Shown here in pieces: positions 23,201 to 35,771 of a stretch of DNA of 64,000 nt. The position numbers and the translations under genes were made by a program. The stretch's first letter is position 1. Each line of letters starts with the position of its first letter. Source of the DNA: Paraspadella gotoi (taxonomy: Eukaryota; Animalia; Chaetognatha); assembly GCA_051294375.1 (NCBI GenBank), contig CM119265.1:6767489-6831488 (forward strand). The letters run 5' to 3'. A model generated the notes under the pieces. That model saw nothing but the letters and a program-made list of their open reading frames with translations, had not been told where the DNA came from and did no database searches.

Positions 23201-26200
23201 AGAGATGTACTGTGAATCTAATAACCAGCCTATGGTTTGTCGTGCATTAAATATTACAGAAGATTTGGGTCAAGTGGAAATAGTGTTTTCCGATAAAACT
23301 GGAACTTTGACAGAAAACCAAATGATGTTTCGGTATGTTTTTCCTCGATTGTTATTCAAAACAATGTTTTATCTTAAAATACTACATGATAAAATAAACT
23401 AAATTTCCTTTTTAGTTAATAGTTATTTACAAGATTCTTAAATGATTCAGGCGTTGCACCATTGGTGGTGTTGATTACCCATATTGCGCTGATGATATCA
23501 AAGGAGTTGTCACGTCACCTAAATCACTCACATCATTTTTGAGTTCCGGTAGAAGTAAGATTGATTTTGGTAGAGAGCAATTTCCGACTTCAAATTTTTT
23601 TAATTCCATTTCAGCCATTCCACAGTCGACTCCACCGCTGCTCCTTCCTTCTAGTCCTAAAGGAAGCGCTCCTCTTGCGGTAGGAGAAAGCCCAGCATCC
23701 AGCACCAGGTCCTTTTTTTCTCCATCGGCACTTATTACTCCTTCGACACCGCTCACCCCTCCGGCAAGGTAAGGTCAATCAATGCAACCGCCTTCCAATT
23801 TAGCCGATCGAGTCGCCCGCCCGCTCACCCCTTTTATCAGACCCGGAGAACGCTTCATCGTTCCTAATCCCGAGCTGCATCACGCCGTTTCTCAGATGTC
23901 TTTTGGCCCCTCGCCGGATCGACAATCGCAGAAAATTCAGGATTTCTTCATTCTGATGGCAGTTTGCAATACGGTCATGGTGTCTCTGCAAGTTAGTTCC
24001 GTCCTTCGTTCCGATTTACCTAATCTCGTAATTTATTGATTTTCTTTCTTCAGCCTCATGAAGATCGCATGAACGCTTCGGGATTGTTCCCCGACGATCT
24101 AAGTCTGAATTACGACACTGTCTCCACTTCTATTTCTGGAGATTGCGCCACATACAGCAAGATGAAATCTGAGCGAAGATTGCCCGACCCGACAGTGCTC
24201 GAGAACACGAGGACCCACGTCATCGCCCCCAAACAGGGCGGCGGCCTGGGCAGAATACTACAATCGCTAGCGGCCGGTATGTTTTAACTCGAAAGCTTAG
24301 CTAGTTTTCGCTTCCACCTTTATTTTTAGTTGCGCCGCGAATACTCGCGGAGCAACTCTGTAAGGGACTTGTCGGTCGATCGGTATGTCTGTCCGTCAGT
24401 CTGTCCCACTTACATTAAAAACGTTTATAACTTGTTTATACTTTGTTGCTCATTTGTTAAAAATTAAATCTAAGCGACTACTGGCGCCGCCTTTTGTTTT
24501 TAAAGAAAAGTAATGCGGCGCAACACCTTGGAAAAACCGTTCCTTGTTTTTCTGTTTTTTGCTGGGTTTTTTTTTTGCCAGATCTGCTTACAGCAGATTC
24601 CGGTTCCATAATTCACTTAGTCGGTCCGTCGGTCCGCCCCGCCAATCTTGTCGGGCATTCACTTATATCATGTCAAAACATCGAATTATGATAATTATGC
24701 ATAAAATGATGTCCGTCTGTCTGTTTGTCCGTCCCAACTTAGCAAAAAACACCAATTACTCGTGATTTGATGGATGGATTGAAATGAAATTTTGTGTGGA
24801 GGTAGGAAAGTGGGTGATTGAGATGGAAATCAAGTTTCGATGGAATCGTCCGAGTGAAAATTAGTTAAAATGGAAAAAACAAAAAAATATATTTCACTAT
24901 TTGAACGCCAACTACTCGTCAGTGAATGGGGCAATTGACTTCAAATTTTGTGATTGAGCAGGAAATAAAGTTTCGTTGGAATCGTCCAAGTGGAAATGAG
25001 TTAAAATAGAAAAACCAAACAATCTATTTTACTATGAAAAATTGCACGATTATTTGTTTTATTAAATTAGACTTTAAAATTTTATATTAAAATTGGAAGA
25101 CGTTTTTAATGTTTTTCTACAACGACTTTATTTGTAAAAAAGTACATGTTTCGGCTTACATAAGCCTTCTTCAGCGTTAACAAATTAAAAAAAAAAAAAA
25201 AAATTTAACGCTGAAGGCTTGTATGTAAGCCGAAACATGTACGTTTTTTACAAATAAAGTCGTTGTAGAAAAACATTAAAAACGTCTTCCAATACGCAAC
25301 CACAACGAAAAGAAAGGAAATTCACGATATATTAAAATTTTAAAATGTAAGTATTTAATAAATTTCACTATATATTAGATTTAATTTTATTTTTTATATA
25401 GAGTATATTCTTTTATAATGTAATGGGGAGAGGGATATTAGTTTTGTCTTCTGGAAATAGAGGGAGCATCTATACAACACAAAATTAAAAGTTACTTTCT
25501 GCCCTAGTTTTTTTTTAATTATGCTTTTTGATTATGCTTTTTTTATTTTTATATTAAATGTAAGTACAACCTGCATTAATTAATTATTAATATATAAATA
25601 ATAAATTAATTAATTTTGTGATCGAGATTTAAAGATTTAAAAAAATTGTATGATGTATGGGAACCTTTTACACAATACTAGTTTTTTTATTTAAAAACTT
25701 TTGATATATGGAAAGGGCTAGCGAGTACTCGCGGAGTAACTCTGTCACTTGTCGGTCGGTATTATCTGTCCGTCGGTCTGTCCCACTTTCGTTAAAAATG
25801 CTTATAATTTGCCTATAGTTGGTTGCTCATTTATTAATATTAAGATAGAAAAAAACCGAGCGCCGCCTTCAGGAATTCTTAAAATTATAAGAATAAAAGA
25901 ACAAATTTTGATGCAGTGCATGTCATAAATGTACGGACAAAAAAAGTTTTTTAGTCATATCATGTGATCACTAATAAAATAGTCATTGCTTCGCAACACA
26001 TTGGAATTACCGTTTTTGTTTTTATCTACTCTCTCTCTCTTTTTCTCTCTCACATTATTTTAAAATGTTTGTAGGCGATCCACTCGGGAGTCAAAGCCGC
26101 TTTGGTGGGCGTAAAAACACGCCGTCCGAATGTTCCTTATCCACGGCCTCTTCGGCGACTACTCACAGACTTAGGTGATACCCGAATAATTTTTTTTTAT

Positions 26201-28910
26201 TGAAAGTTTAGTCAGGTATGCTTTCTAAAGACTTGTAAATATTAATAAGTTTGAGATTGGCATTTGCAGATACGAAGGGGAGTCTCCCGATGAAGTCGCT
26301 CTTGTACACGCCGCCGCGGCTCATGGATGCAAACTCTCTGCCAGAAATCCGGACTACGTTACCGTCGCTTTACCAGGTTCATCAACAAACGTAGACCCGA
26401 AAGAGATGTTTCAACTAAAGTTTTGCTTAATTATTTAGGATTGAAAGCTTGAGGATATTTTTAGAGGTATTTTTATAGCCGGTTTATTTTTTTAAATAGA
26501 ATTTTGCTATGCTTTAACCATTTTACTTTTATTTTATTACCAAATTTTGGGCCCATTTAAATTCTGCTTCATGTCGGTCGCTTGGTTTAATGATTTAATC
26601 TTTCAAAATTTACTAAATCGTAGGTGATGACGTGATTGATATGGAGATACTTCACATTCTGGGATTTGATTCGAATAGGAAAAGAATGTCAGTCATCGTT
26701 AGAGGTAATTTAAAATTTGTGGAAAATATTTTTTCACCCCACCGCCATGAATTTTCGATTTTTTTTTGTTAAGATCCGGGCACCCGAGAAATAATATTGT
26801 ATTGTAAGGGTGCCGATACGTCTATATTATCTAACCTCATTGCGCCTCATCCGTCCAGTAAGCTTAGAATTATGGTTTCCAAGCAAGTGTTTGGTAGTAT
26901 CTAAACTGGTTCTTTTTTGTGAAGCTGAACTATACGCCGAATATCGAAACCTATTAAAACGAACTAAGGAACACATCGACAGCTATAGTACCGAAGGACT
27001 GCGGACACTTTGCATGGCAAAAAGGGTGTTAACGTTGGAGCAGTACAGGTTATTGTCATAACTTTTATACGCTTACTCAGAAAGTTTATTTATTTAATGC
27101 TCTATTTTTAAAAAAGAACCTGGCTTCAAAAGCTAAGGGAGGCCGAGTCGCTGGTGGGTTCGCGTCACGAGCGAAAGATGCAAGAGGTTTGTGCTACCAT
27201 AGAATCCGACCTGGAGCTTCTCGGTGCCACAGGAATCGAAGACCGCCTTCAGGACGGCGTCCCGGAAACTATAGCGGCGCTTCGAAAGGCAGGAATCAAA
27301 CTCTGGGTATTAACCGGTGAGCTCGAAATAATTTTTTCAAGTTTTTAAGATTAACGGGTGCTAAATGATGATTAATGAAAATTAATTCAGGCGATAAGAT
27401 GGAGACGGCGCGGAACATTGCTTACTCGTGCCATCTGTTTGAAGTTGGAATGGAGGTTATTCCGCTGGTGGCGAAAACTGCTGAGGCGTTAAGAGAAATT
27501 CTGTATCACGAACTACACCGCCTGACAGGCTGGATTCCTCCCGACAAAGCTGGAGAGGACCTCAATCAACCGTTTACTGGTAAGGAGTGATTGATGTTGC
27601 TATCGGTTTTGTCTGTAATTAATTGCATTATGTTTGAAATATTTTCTCGCTCATCGATTTTCAGCCGGATCTTCTGTTAATCTGCACGAACCCTTACAAA
27701 ATTTTTCCTTCCGCGCACAGTACTTTAAAAGTGAGTTGAATTAGAATTATGTACGTCTCTGAATTTTTATCGTCTCAAGCGCAAGCGATTTCGACGATTT
27801 TGTGACGATGGTCCCCATAAATGTTGTCGTCTTCGGCGTTCCAAATTATAGATTGCTTTTTATCGTCGCAATCGCTTAGCGTTTGCGACGATATTGTATC
27901 GCTTTTGCCCATAAGTGGCGTCGTTGTCGTCGTCGTCGGCATTCCAAATTATAGATCGCCTTTTTTATGATTAAATTTGGGTGTATGAAGCTGAAAATTT
28001 TTATACAGCTTCTCATCATTGATGTGCTTAAAATTGAGTCTGGACAATTATTAAATATGTTTTGTTTACATTTTATCAAAACAAACAAATTTTTTCTTTT
28101 ATTTTTATATTTCTTTCTCTCTCTCTTTTCTCTTTTAATTATATGTCTCTCTCCCTCTCTCTTTTCCCTAGTCACTGATTCATAACATAAAGAAAAAAAA
28201 CGAGTCTGCAGGGGCTTATTCTTTTTCTCTTTTTTCTCCTGCTGCTTCTGCTGCTGCCTTTTGAGTCTGCAGCTGGCTCTGCAGGGGCTTATTCTTTCTC
28301 TCTTTTCTCCTGCTGCTTCTGCTGCTGCCTTTTGATTTCTTTTTTTTTTTCTCTCTGCGTTTTTATTAAAAAAAAATTAAAATAAGATTAAACTCGTAAA
28401 ATTAGGCATCGCATTCGTGCATGTTATCATTTTTCTATCCCAACATCAGGTTTTTATTTCGTTTTTTTTTCTCAAGGGCTGTCTGCTGATTAGATTATTT
28501 TTTGACAATGAAAATTTTTTTTTCAGAAACTAACTTTAATTTATAATTTATAAAATATAATTTTTCTCTCTGTTTATAAATTACTTTTCTTTTCTCAAAT
28601 TTTATTTTTTTTAGTATCAAGATTTGTCGTCAATCCAGATTTTTCTTATGCGATTGCGACGATCCTTATGCTTTTAAGAGTTTTTAAAAAGTTAGATATA
28701 TATCATCATCAAGGTTCTTGAAAACTGATGAGGTGATGCAGTAAATCTTGTTTGTTTACATTTTATATAAACAAAACAAATTTCTTTTATTTATATGTCT
28801 TTCTTTCTTTCTTCTCTTTTTTTTTTTATATGTAGCTCTCTTTTTTTCTCCGTCGGTGCCTCTTCTGGTTGGTCCAAAAACGATTTGAGCTGCTGAAATT
28901 TAAGGCTCTG

Positions 28911-28941
<31 letters not shown>

Positions 28942-31900
28942 TTCTGATTTGTCTAAAAATAAGTTTAGCTCTGCAGCGGCTGAAAGTTACGTCTTTCTCT
29001 CTCTTTCTCTGTTCATTTCATTTTATTTTATTTTATTCATTCATTACATTTTTATTTATTTATGTGGATTTATTTATATTTATTTTTTATATATTAAGCC
29101 AAGTTTGTTATATATAAAACTTAGTTTTCTTGTATCAAATATGATTTTTTGTTTGAGTATCAAAGTTTGTCATTGGTCCAGAATTTTTTTGTGCGATTGC
29201 GACGATCCTTGTTCTTTAAGATTTTTATATCTTAATTTTGGGCTCTTCAACTGTATTTAGTGTTTTAAGGCCTGGGATCATTCAAACAAGAATTGCATAA
29301 AGCTTTGTACAATCTATCAAAGAAAGTGTATTCCCTTCACGTTTCAAAAATAAAAAAACTCTTAATTTGATTAAGGCAACTAAAAATCGGACAATTTTTT
29401 TTATCAGTAAACCTTAAAAATTTCATCCAACACGGTAAAGTCATTTTTAAACACAATTTTTTTTTTTTTTAATTAACAGCACCTACCTCAGGGTAATACT
29501 AACAACTAAAACCAAGTCATTCCAATTATGTTATAGAATCAATTAATGATAAAAACATAAACGTTTATGTAGAGAGAGAGCAGAACGCTTATATAAGGGA
29601 CCTGCTATGTAATTATCTTGTAAGAGTGATGGAGGCCTTAAACCACCAAAGCCTGTCCAAAGTCAGGGGCAAGATAGCTTATTTATTAAATGAATGGATA
29701 ATTTTTATATTGGTTGTACCAATTTCATAAGGATGTCTATTATCATTTTATTACAAAAAAGAATGATGTAAAATTGTAATATTCAAAGACATTCGTCCAC
29801 TGGCATCTGAAGTTGGGTCCACTTTGATAACAACCCTCAATGGTGCCATAGACTGCCACAGATTCCACATAAGTGAATTTGAAAAATCCCTCTCATAGAA
29901 TTGGGACCCTTATCCTCAAGTAAATTTATGTAAAATATCATGAAAATCCGCTTAGCCGTTTGGGCCGCAACTCTTCCGAAAGGTTTCTTTTATTTTATAT
30001 AGTATTATAAAATTCGAAAAAACAGCAATGGATTCGAAGAGAAGATAAAGTGAATACATTTTCAGAATAAAATGGACCTCTACTTTACGAATACAAGCTT
30101 TATTTAATCCTAATTATAACTTTTGGCCAGTGATCCCAGTCCTTAAAAGTGCACAATTTTCTTTTTATAGCGTTTAATCTGTATTCAAACCCCGAAATTT
30201 TAAGCGATTTACATTTGTTTTGGCGCCACTGTGGCGGTATATTCACACCGCCTCACGTCACCATCCGTCAGCCAAATCCATTGGCTCAGAGGGGGAACAC
30301 ACCATCCCAGGCGTAGTGTTCCATCCACAGTCCTAACGACTTCCCTCTGCGTTGGCAAAGCGAGACCGTCCTAGGGTAACCGCGCCAGTGACTAAAGGCG
30401 TCACTGAGGGTCGGAAGCCCCAAAGCCAACAGTGAATGCCCCATCCCAATGGCATCACAGGCAACCCGGCTGTTGCCATAAGTGGTGAGCCCTACTATCG
30501 AACACGCAACCTTCTCAGGGTACGCTACGACAAACGCCTATGCCCTGCCGACTTTGGGTACGCTACGACAAACGCCTATGCCCCTGGGGTACGCTACGAC
30601 AAACGCCTATGCCCCACAACTCGCGCTCTCTCTCTCTCTCCCACTATGGTAACAGTCTTGTCAGACACCTCTCAGGCTTGAGGAACCAGAGTGATGTCTT
30701 GGCCGGGGATCCTGTGGCGGTATATTCACACCGCCTCACGTCCACCATCCGTCAGCCAAATCCATTGGCTCAAAGGGGGAACACACCATCCCAGGCGTAG
30801 TGTTCCATCCACAGTCCTAACGACTTCCCTCTGCGTTGGCAAAGCGAGACCGTCCTAGGGTAACCGCGCCAGTGACTAAAGGCGTCACTGAGGGTCGGAA
30901 GCCCCCAAAGCCAACAGTGAGATGCCCCATCCCAATTGGGCATCACAGGCAACCCGGCTGTTGCCATACCACCACTAATTCATAGGATTGTTTACTTGAT
31001 ACGTAAGTGTTTATAAATTTTTTGCTTGGTATTTCAGATCGCGACTCTGAATTAGCCATCGGATTAATAATTGATGGACAAACATTAGCACACGTCTTTG
31101 CTCATTCGGGCGCAACGCTTAAAAGGTAATAAATGATGTGTTATAGCAACGGGTCTGAGGCATTTCCCGACAGCAGGCGCTCAGGGCTTTGGACCTGCAG
31201 TGACCACGCATTTCGCTGGTGTGTTTATACCGGCACTTAGCAGTCCAAGATAATGGGATGAGCTGATTTCACCAAGCTATACAGGAGGCGAATTAAGGAT
31301 TCGCCAGTGTAAATTTTTAATAATAAATCTGGTTTATAAAGTAGAGGTTTTGTTTGTTTTTTTAACGTTTATTTTATTTAATGTACTTGTTAAGGAAAAG
31401 AAACAATACCACTATAATGAATCTAAAATTTTACATTATTCTCATAGGAAACGAACATTGTCAAAATCGAGCACCTCTCAAGAACCTCCTCTCGATCTTT
31501 TATTTCTGCAATTAGCGTGCCTTTGTCGCTCCGTTGTTTGTTGTAGAACAACTCCTTCTCAAAAAGGTTAAACTTTTAATATTTTATATTATAATTATGA
31601 ATTTATACAACCAATCATGAACAAAGTTACTCATTAGTCAATATTCATTCCATGACTTTTTAGGCTCTGTTGTACGCCTTGTCAAGGATAATGTTTCCGT
31701 GCTTAGCCTCGCCATCGGTGATGGCGCCAATGATGTGGCTATGATACACATTGCTGATGTTGGGATAGGGATATCAGGTGAGTTTTCTCATGTGAAATTG
31801 TTCATTTCTAGTTTTTTTAAATTCTTAAATACATTTTTTTAGGACAAGAAGGCATGCAAGCAATTATGGCTTCTGATTTTGCAATAGGTCGTTTCCGTTA

Positions 31901-34406
31901 TCTTCAAAAGCTTTTGTTAGTTCATGGTAAGGCATATCATTTAATCTTTTATTCAAATTTTTCGGGCACAGTGTTATAAATTTTTTAATTCAACAGGGCA
32001 TTGGTGTTATTCTCGTCTTTCTTATCTCATACTGTACTTCTTTTACAAAAACGCAAATTTTGTGATCATGCTTTTTTGGTTTCAATTTTTCAATGGATTT
32101 ACCGGTAAGTTCTGCAAAAAGAATGATTATAATGTTTAATATTAATTATTTCTTTATCTAATTCAGGACAAGTCCATGTCGATGAAATGTACTTAATGTT
32201 TTTCAACGTGCTGTTCACTGCAGTGCCTCCTCTTGTATCGGGTACACTCGATAAAGACCTTAGACCAGAAACGCTTTTAAGTCATTCCTACATTTACAAA
32301 CTTGGACAAACTGATGCCTTTTATCAGGTAAATCCCATTGACTTTCACCCTAGAGAAAAAAGTGATAGTTTCGGCCACTTCATTTTTTTAATTAAAATGA
32401 TTAAAATGATTAAATTTTAATTATGACATTTCTTCATTTTTAGTGGAAAAACTTTTGGCTGACAATCTGTGATGCTGTATGGCAGTCCCTCGTTATGTAT
32501 TTCGTTCCTCACTTTGCTTACGTTGATTCGGACATCGGGATATGGGAATTGGGCACAGGTATTTATTAACTAATTATTTTTATAAAATATACATGCATAC
32601 TTTCCCCCGCTTTATTTACTAACTTTCGCGATATCTATGCTATTGCAGTGTGTCTAATCGGTTGCATAGTTGGCCAATTGGTCACTATTGGGATGTATAC
32701 TCAAACATGGACAGTGTTTAATCTTCTTGGAATTCTCTCGGTCTTCCTTATTTTTTGGGCTTTCGCGTTTGTATACAATAGGTAAATTGCAGTACATTAC
32801 TCTTTTACGAATATTTTATGGAATAGATGAATTAATTTATTTTAACCAATGTAACATCGTCTGTTGTACATAAATAAATTTACGATCTGATTGCTTTCAC
32901 GAGAAGGTTCAGCAGGTTGTAGTCGAAAAAACTTTTTTCAAATTCAATTGGCAGGATACGCAGATAGAGCTGAAATTAGTATGAGACAAAATTAAGATAA
33001 AATTAATAGAAATAAAAATATTTAGAAAAGAAAATAAAAAATAAAATTTAAAAAGATAAAAATGATAAATAAAAAGAATACGAAAAATAACATTGTAAAT
33101 TTAAAAAAATGAAAACCAATATTAATTGGAAAGGAAGATGGGAACGAAATGCTGGAAAATGGAAGGACATATAAAACTTTGTCGAACATACAAATTTTGT
33201 ATCTATTTTCATTCAATAATTTTTCAAAAGTGAGAACATAGTATTAAAAATCTTAGCCACTTGAAAATATAATATTTAAAATTTTTCATAAAACATTAAA
33301 AAAAACATAAAAAATGCAGCCCCTAGAGTCCGAATCATAAAAACAAATACATCAGCCTGAAGCCGGGACACTTTACTTGATATATCACCAGGGGGAAAAA
33401 AATTTAGAATATAATTCCTATGCAAAAAATTTGATTACTTACAAATGTTCCGAATTACCCCGCACTACCCTATTGCTATTCTGAATTCTATTTAACTTAA
33501 ATCCTTTCATACTTCCTTTAATTTATTAGTTACTATTCTGTCCCTACACTGTATTTGCTTTATTATAATAACTGAAATGATTATTTTGTTGATTATTTTA
33601 TTGATATGGCTGTTTTACTTTCCCTCAGTATTTGCGTTGATTGCGTCGCTTCTGGTCCTTACTGGGTTATTCACGAAGCGACAAGTGATCTCCGGTTGTG
33701 GAGTTGCGTCGTCCTAGTTGCCTTTTTGGCAGTTTTTCCTCGTGTCCTTTTCCACGTTTTCAAATTCGTTTTTCATCCTTCAGTTATCACCGGTAAGAAA
33801 GCTAAATAACTAATTAGAGCGCAGAGGCTATCAAAAAAAATAGTAGTGATGTTATTCATTCATGAATGTTAGAATTTATCGATATCCCTTAAAAATCTTT
33901 TATGTAATTGGTACAACCAATGTAAAAAAAAAATTTTATTAGCTAACCGTTTGATGGAACGTCAACTGGAAAATTCACGTCAAGGGAGAAAAACCGCCGA
34001 AGAGACTCCAGCCGCGACCAAAATTCATCGACTAACGGAAGTGCGTAACCGGCCGAAGTCGGACATTCCCGGCATCACGGACGATCGTTATGTGGCTGCG
34101 TGGCGAAAGCGTGGACCTGTAACACTTATCACCGCTCGATCCTCCGCGGGCGACGCGGAAAATATCGCGGAAAACCCGATACCGTCGTCGGTCTCCAGCG
34201 TCAAACCTCCCAATCCCAGCGTTCATCAAACCATTCAAGAGGTTTTATCGGAATCATCGGATAACTCCACTGACGAGTTCTTGGGTGTGGATCGTCAGGA
34301 CAAAACAAAGACTGGTCATTGTCCGTCGATCGTTTCGCGTCAAATCAGTATTCGGAGGAACGAAGATCGGAACTCCCCGGAAACTCCGGGAGAGAGCAAA
34401 AACTAA
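20284..34406 (+). CDS. ATP10: P4-type phospholipid-flipping ATPase, ATP10 (class 5) type, about 30 exons
   Basis: Motifs in order across exons: [54 protein letters not shown], phosphorylation site [11 protein letters not shown] (~23290), [95 protein letters not shown] is ATP10-like. The start codon (exon 20284-20411 joined to 20542-20649) and the C-terminal tail are less certain. Confidence 0.93.
21430..21576. repeat. 74-bp tandem duplication
   Basis: Two adjacent copies starting at 21430 and 21504 differ by about one substitution. Confidence 0.9.
24323..24548 (+). mobile_element. Helentron/DINE-1-like element (short copy)
   Basis: TTTTAGTTGCGCCGCG..CTCGCGGAGCAACT start, GTCGGTC tract, GCGGCGCAAC..CCTTGTT end. 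Confidence 0.65.
24575..25035 (+). repeat. Dispersed repeat with GTCC microsatellite and internal tandem subrepeats
   Basis: Homologous to ~3125-3590 (+) and ~16890-17305 (-), with shared blocks CTCGTGATTTGATGGATGGA and GATGGAATCGTCCGAGTG. The layout resembles DINE-1-type elements. Confidence 0.7.
25092..25327. mobile_element. Palindromic Penelope-like remnant with two hammerhead motifs
   Basis: Near-perfect inverted repeat 25092-25180 / 25205-25293 around an A tract. Flanked by direct repeat TATATTAAAATT (25083-25094, 25328-25339). Minus arm reads CUGAAGA-A-GGCUUAUGUAAGCC-GAAACAUGUA. Confidence 0.75.
27859..28685 (+). mobile_element. Helentron/DINE-1-like element, family G
   Basis: 5' hairpin ATCGTCGCAA..TTGCGACGAT, (GTC)n tract, CT/CTG-rich body, 3' TTGCGACGAT plus stem-loop CTTATGCTTTTAAG. 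Copies at 36740-37730 and 50310-51040. Confidence 0.75.
29597..29730 (+). repeat. Family E copy
   Basis: AGGGACCTGCTATGT...TGGTTGTACCAATTTCATAA, matching 5821-5956. Confidence 0.8.
30230..30968 (+). mobile_element. Complete non-autonomous LTR element (TRIM), family A
   Basis: Near-identical direct repeats 30230-30480 and 30713-30968 (TGTGGC...GCCATA), exact 4-bp TSD CCAC, PBS-like TGGTGAGCCC at 30483, purine tract GGGGA before the 3' LTR. The 232-bp internal region has three copies of a 28-bp repeat and no coding capacity. Confidence 0.92.
31142..31306 (-). mobile_element. Solo LTR, family C (shorter, diverged)
   Basis: Shares GGCGCTCAGGGCTTTGGACCTGCAGTGACCAC and the terminal hairpin GGCGAAT..ATTCGCC with 51279-51500. 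TSD GTGT. Two terminal bases are missing. Confidence 0.8.
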
Positions 34407-34713
34407 GTTCTCTCTCATCGTCTTTAGGAACATTGTTGCTTCATTACGTTTTAAATTACGTACTTGCACCAATTTATTATCAATGCGTTACAAATTTCTT
34501 ACAAAATAATAAACATTTTCTACAGACTGACTGTAAGGAAATAAATATTAATGAAAAAAAAATAGTATTTTGTTTCACTAGCTTTAGTTTCCAAACTTAA
34601 AATATTTTTTCATAGTTAGGTAAATTTGTTTCTAACGAAGTCGAAAGATATGCTTTCCATAATATAAATTTATTGACATTGATTTACAAAAAATTAAAAT
34701 AATTACTTAATTA

Positions 34714-35430
34714 CAGAAGGCTTCATATTATAAAATGTGGTACCCCTTTTTTGTGACCAGAATCTGTTCCCACCAAACTACCCAATCAAATTTAATGAAA
34801 TTTTACATTTAGAGTGCTAATGACTATATAAATGGAACTATCGAGGCGAATTTTGATATTCAACCCCTGACAAGAGATACAGGGCCCTGGGCTGGACCCC
34901 TGGGGGGCCAAAAAAGGCTAAAATTTTTTTTTTCATTTTTTATAATTTTTTTGTAGAATCAGGTTCATCGATGTTTTAAACATATAAAAATATTTTTAAA
35001 ACTAAAATTAATAATTTTTTTGCTAATTAATCGGTGTTTGAAGATGTTCATCGTTTTTCTCCAAATTTTCCAGAATTATTCCAAATCTGACTTGAACAGC
35101 TGATGTTCATGAAGCTGGAACTTATGGTAAACTAATATTTTTGTGGAAATAAATACATTTTTGTGGAAGAGTAAACGTCTGGGCAACTGTTCAAAACAAA
35201 AAAAAAATGTGAAAAAAATTTTTGACCATTTTTTGCCCCCATGAGTGACCCCTATCCGGCCCCATATCTCGGCTCAGGGGTCAAATATTTAAATTCGCCT
35301 CGATATTTCTATTTGTATTCACATAGGGATCGTTCATACCAAATTTCATTAAAATCTATTCAATAGTTTTCTCGGAACGTGTTCTGGTCACAAAAAAGAG
35401 GTACTACATTTTATAATATGAAGCCTTCTG
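34714..35430. mobile_element. MITE (Tc1/mariner-type, TA TSD), family F copy 1
   Basis: ~50-bp TIRs CAGAAGGCTTCATATTATAAAATGT..TTTTTGTGACCAGAA, flanked by TA on both sides, no ORF. Confidence 0.9.
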
Positions 35431-35771
35431 TATTGAATAACTCTTAATTTAAACTGAACTTCCCTAAACATATATCATAAAAAGAGGACAAAATTGCTCA
35501 AAAAATTTTAGTCACCTTTTTATGAATATCGACATGTATCTTCGCGAAATTAGCTTTGATAGATTAGATTGACTAACTTTTGCAGAAATTTGTAGTAATT
35601 TAAATATGTAGAATTACATATTTCAAGTATGTCTTTTTTGTTTTATAGAAATAAAAACTTTTTTCTATTTATATCAATTTCCAGGATCACACCAAACTGC
35701 CTATTTTTTGTGATAGAATCATATTTACAAACACATTTTTTTTTCAGGAATAGTTTGACGAACATTTGAAA

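Noticed and set aside
27876-29260. Phe/Leu/Ile-rich or Lys/Arg-rich ORFs that look like membrane or basic peptides
   Set aside because: They are translations of CT- and T-rich repeat sequence that recurs elsewhere in the window.
30245-30300. HDV-like ribozyme in LTR A (TCACGT..GT-hairpin-CAGA)
   Set aside because: The required P1 and P3 pairings could not be formed.
30518-30614. Three 28-bp direct repeats resembling a mini CRISPR array
   Set aside because: Spacers are only 10 and 3 nt, there are no cas genes, the context is a eukaryotic intron, and the repeats lie inside a TRIM.
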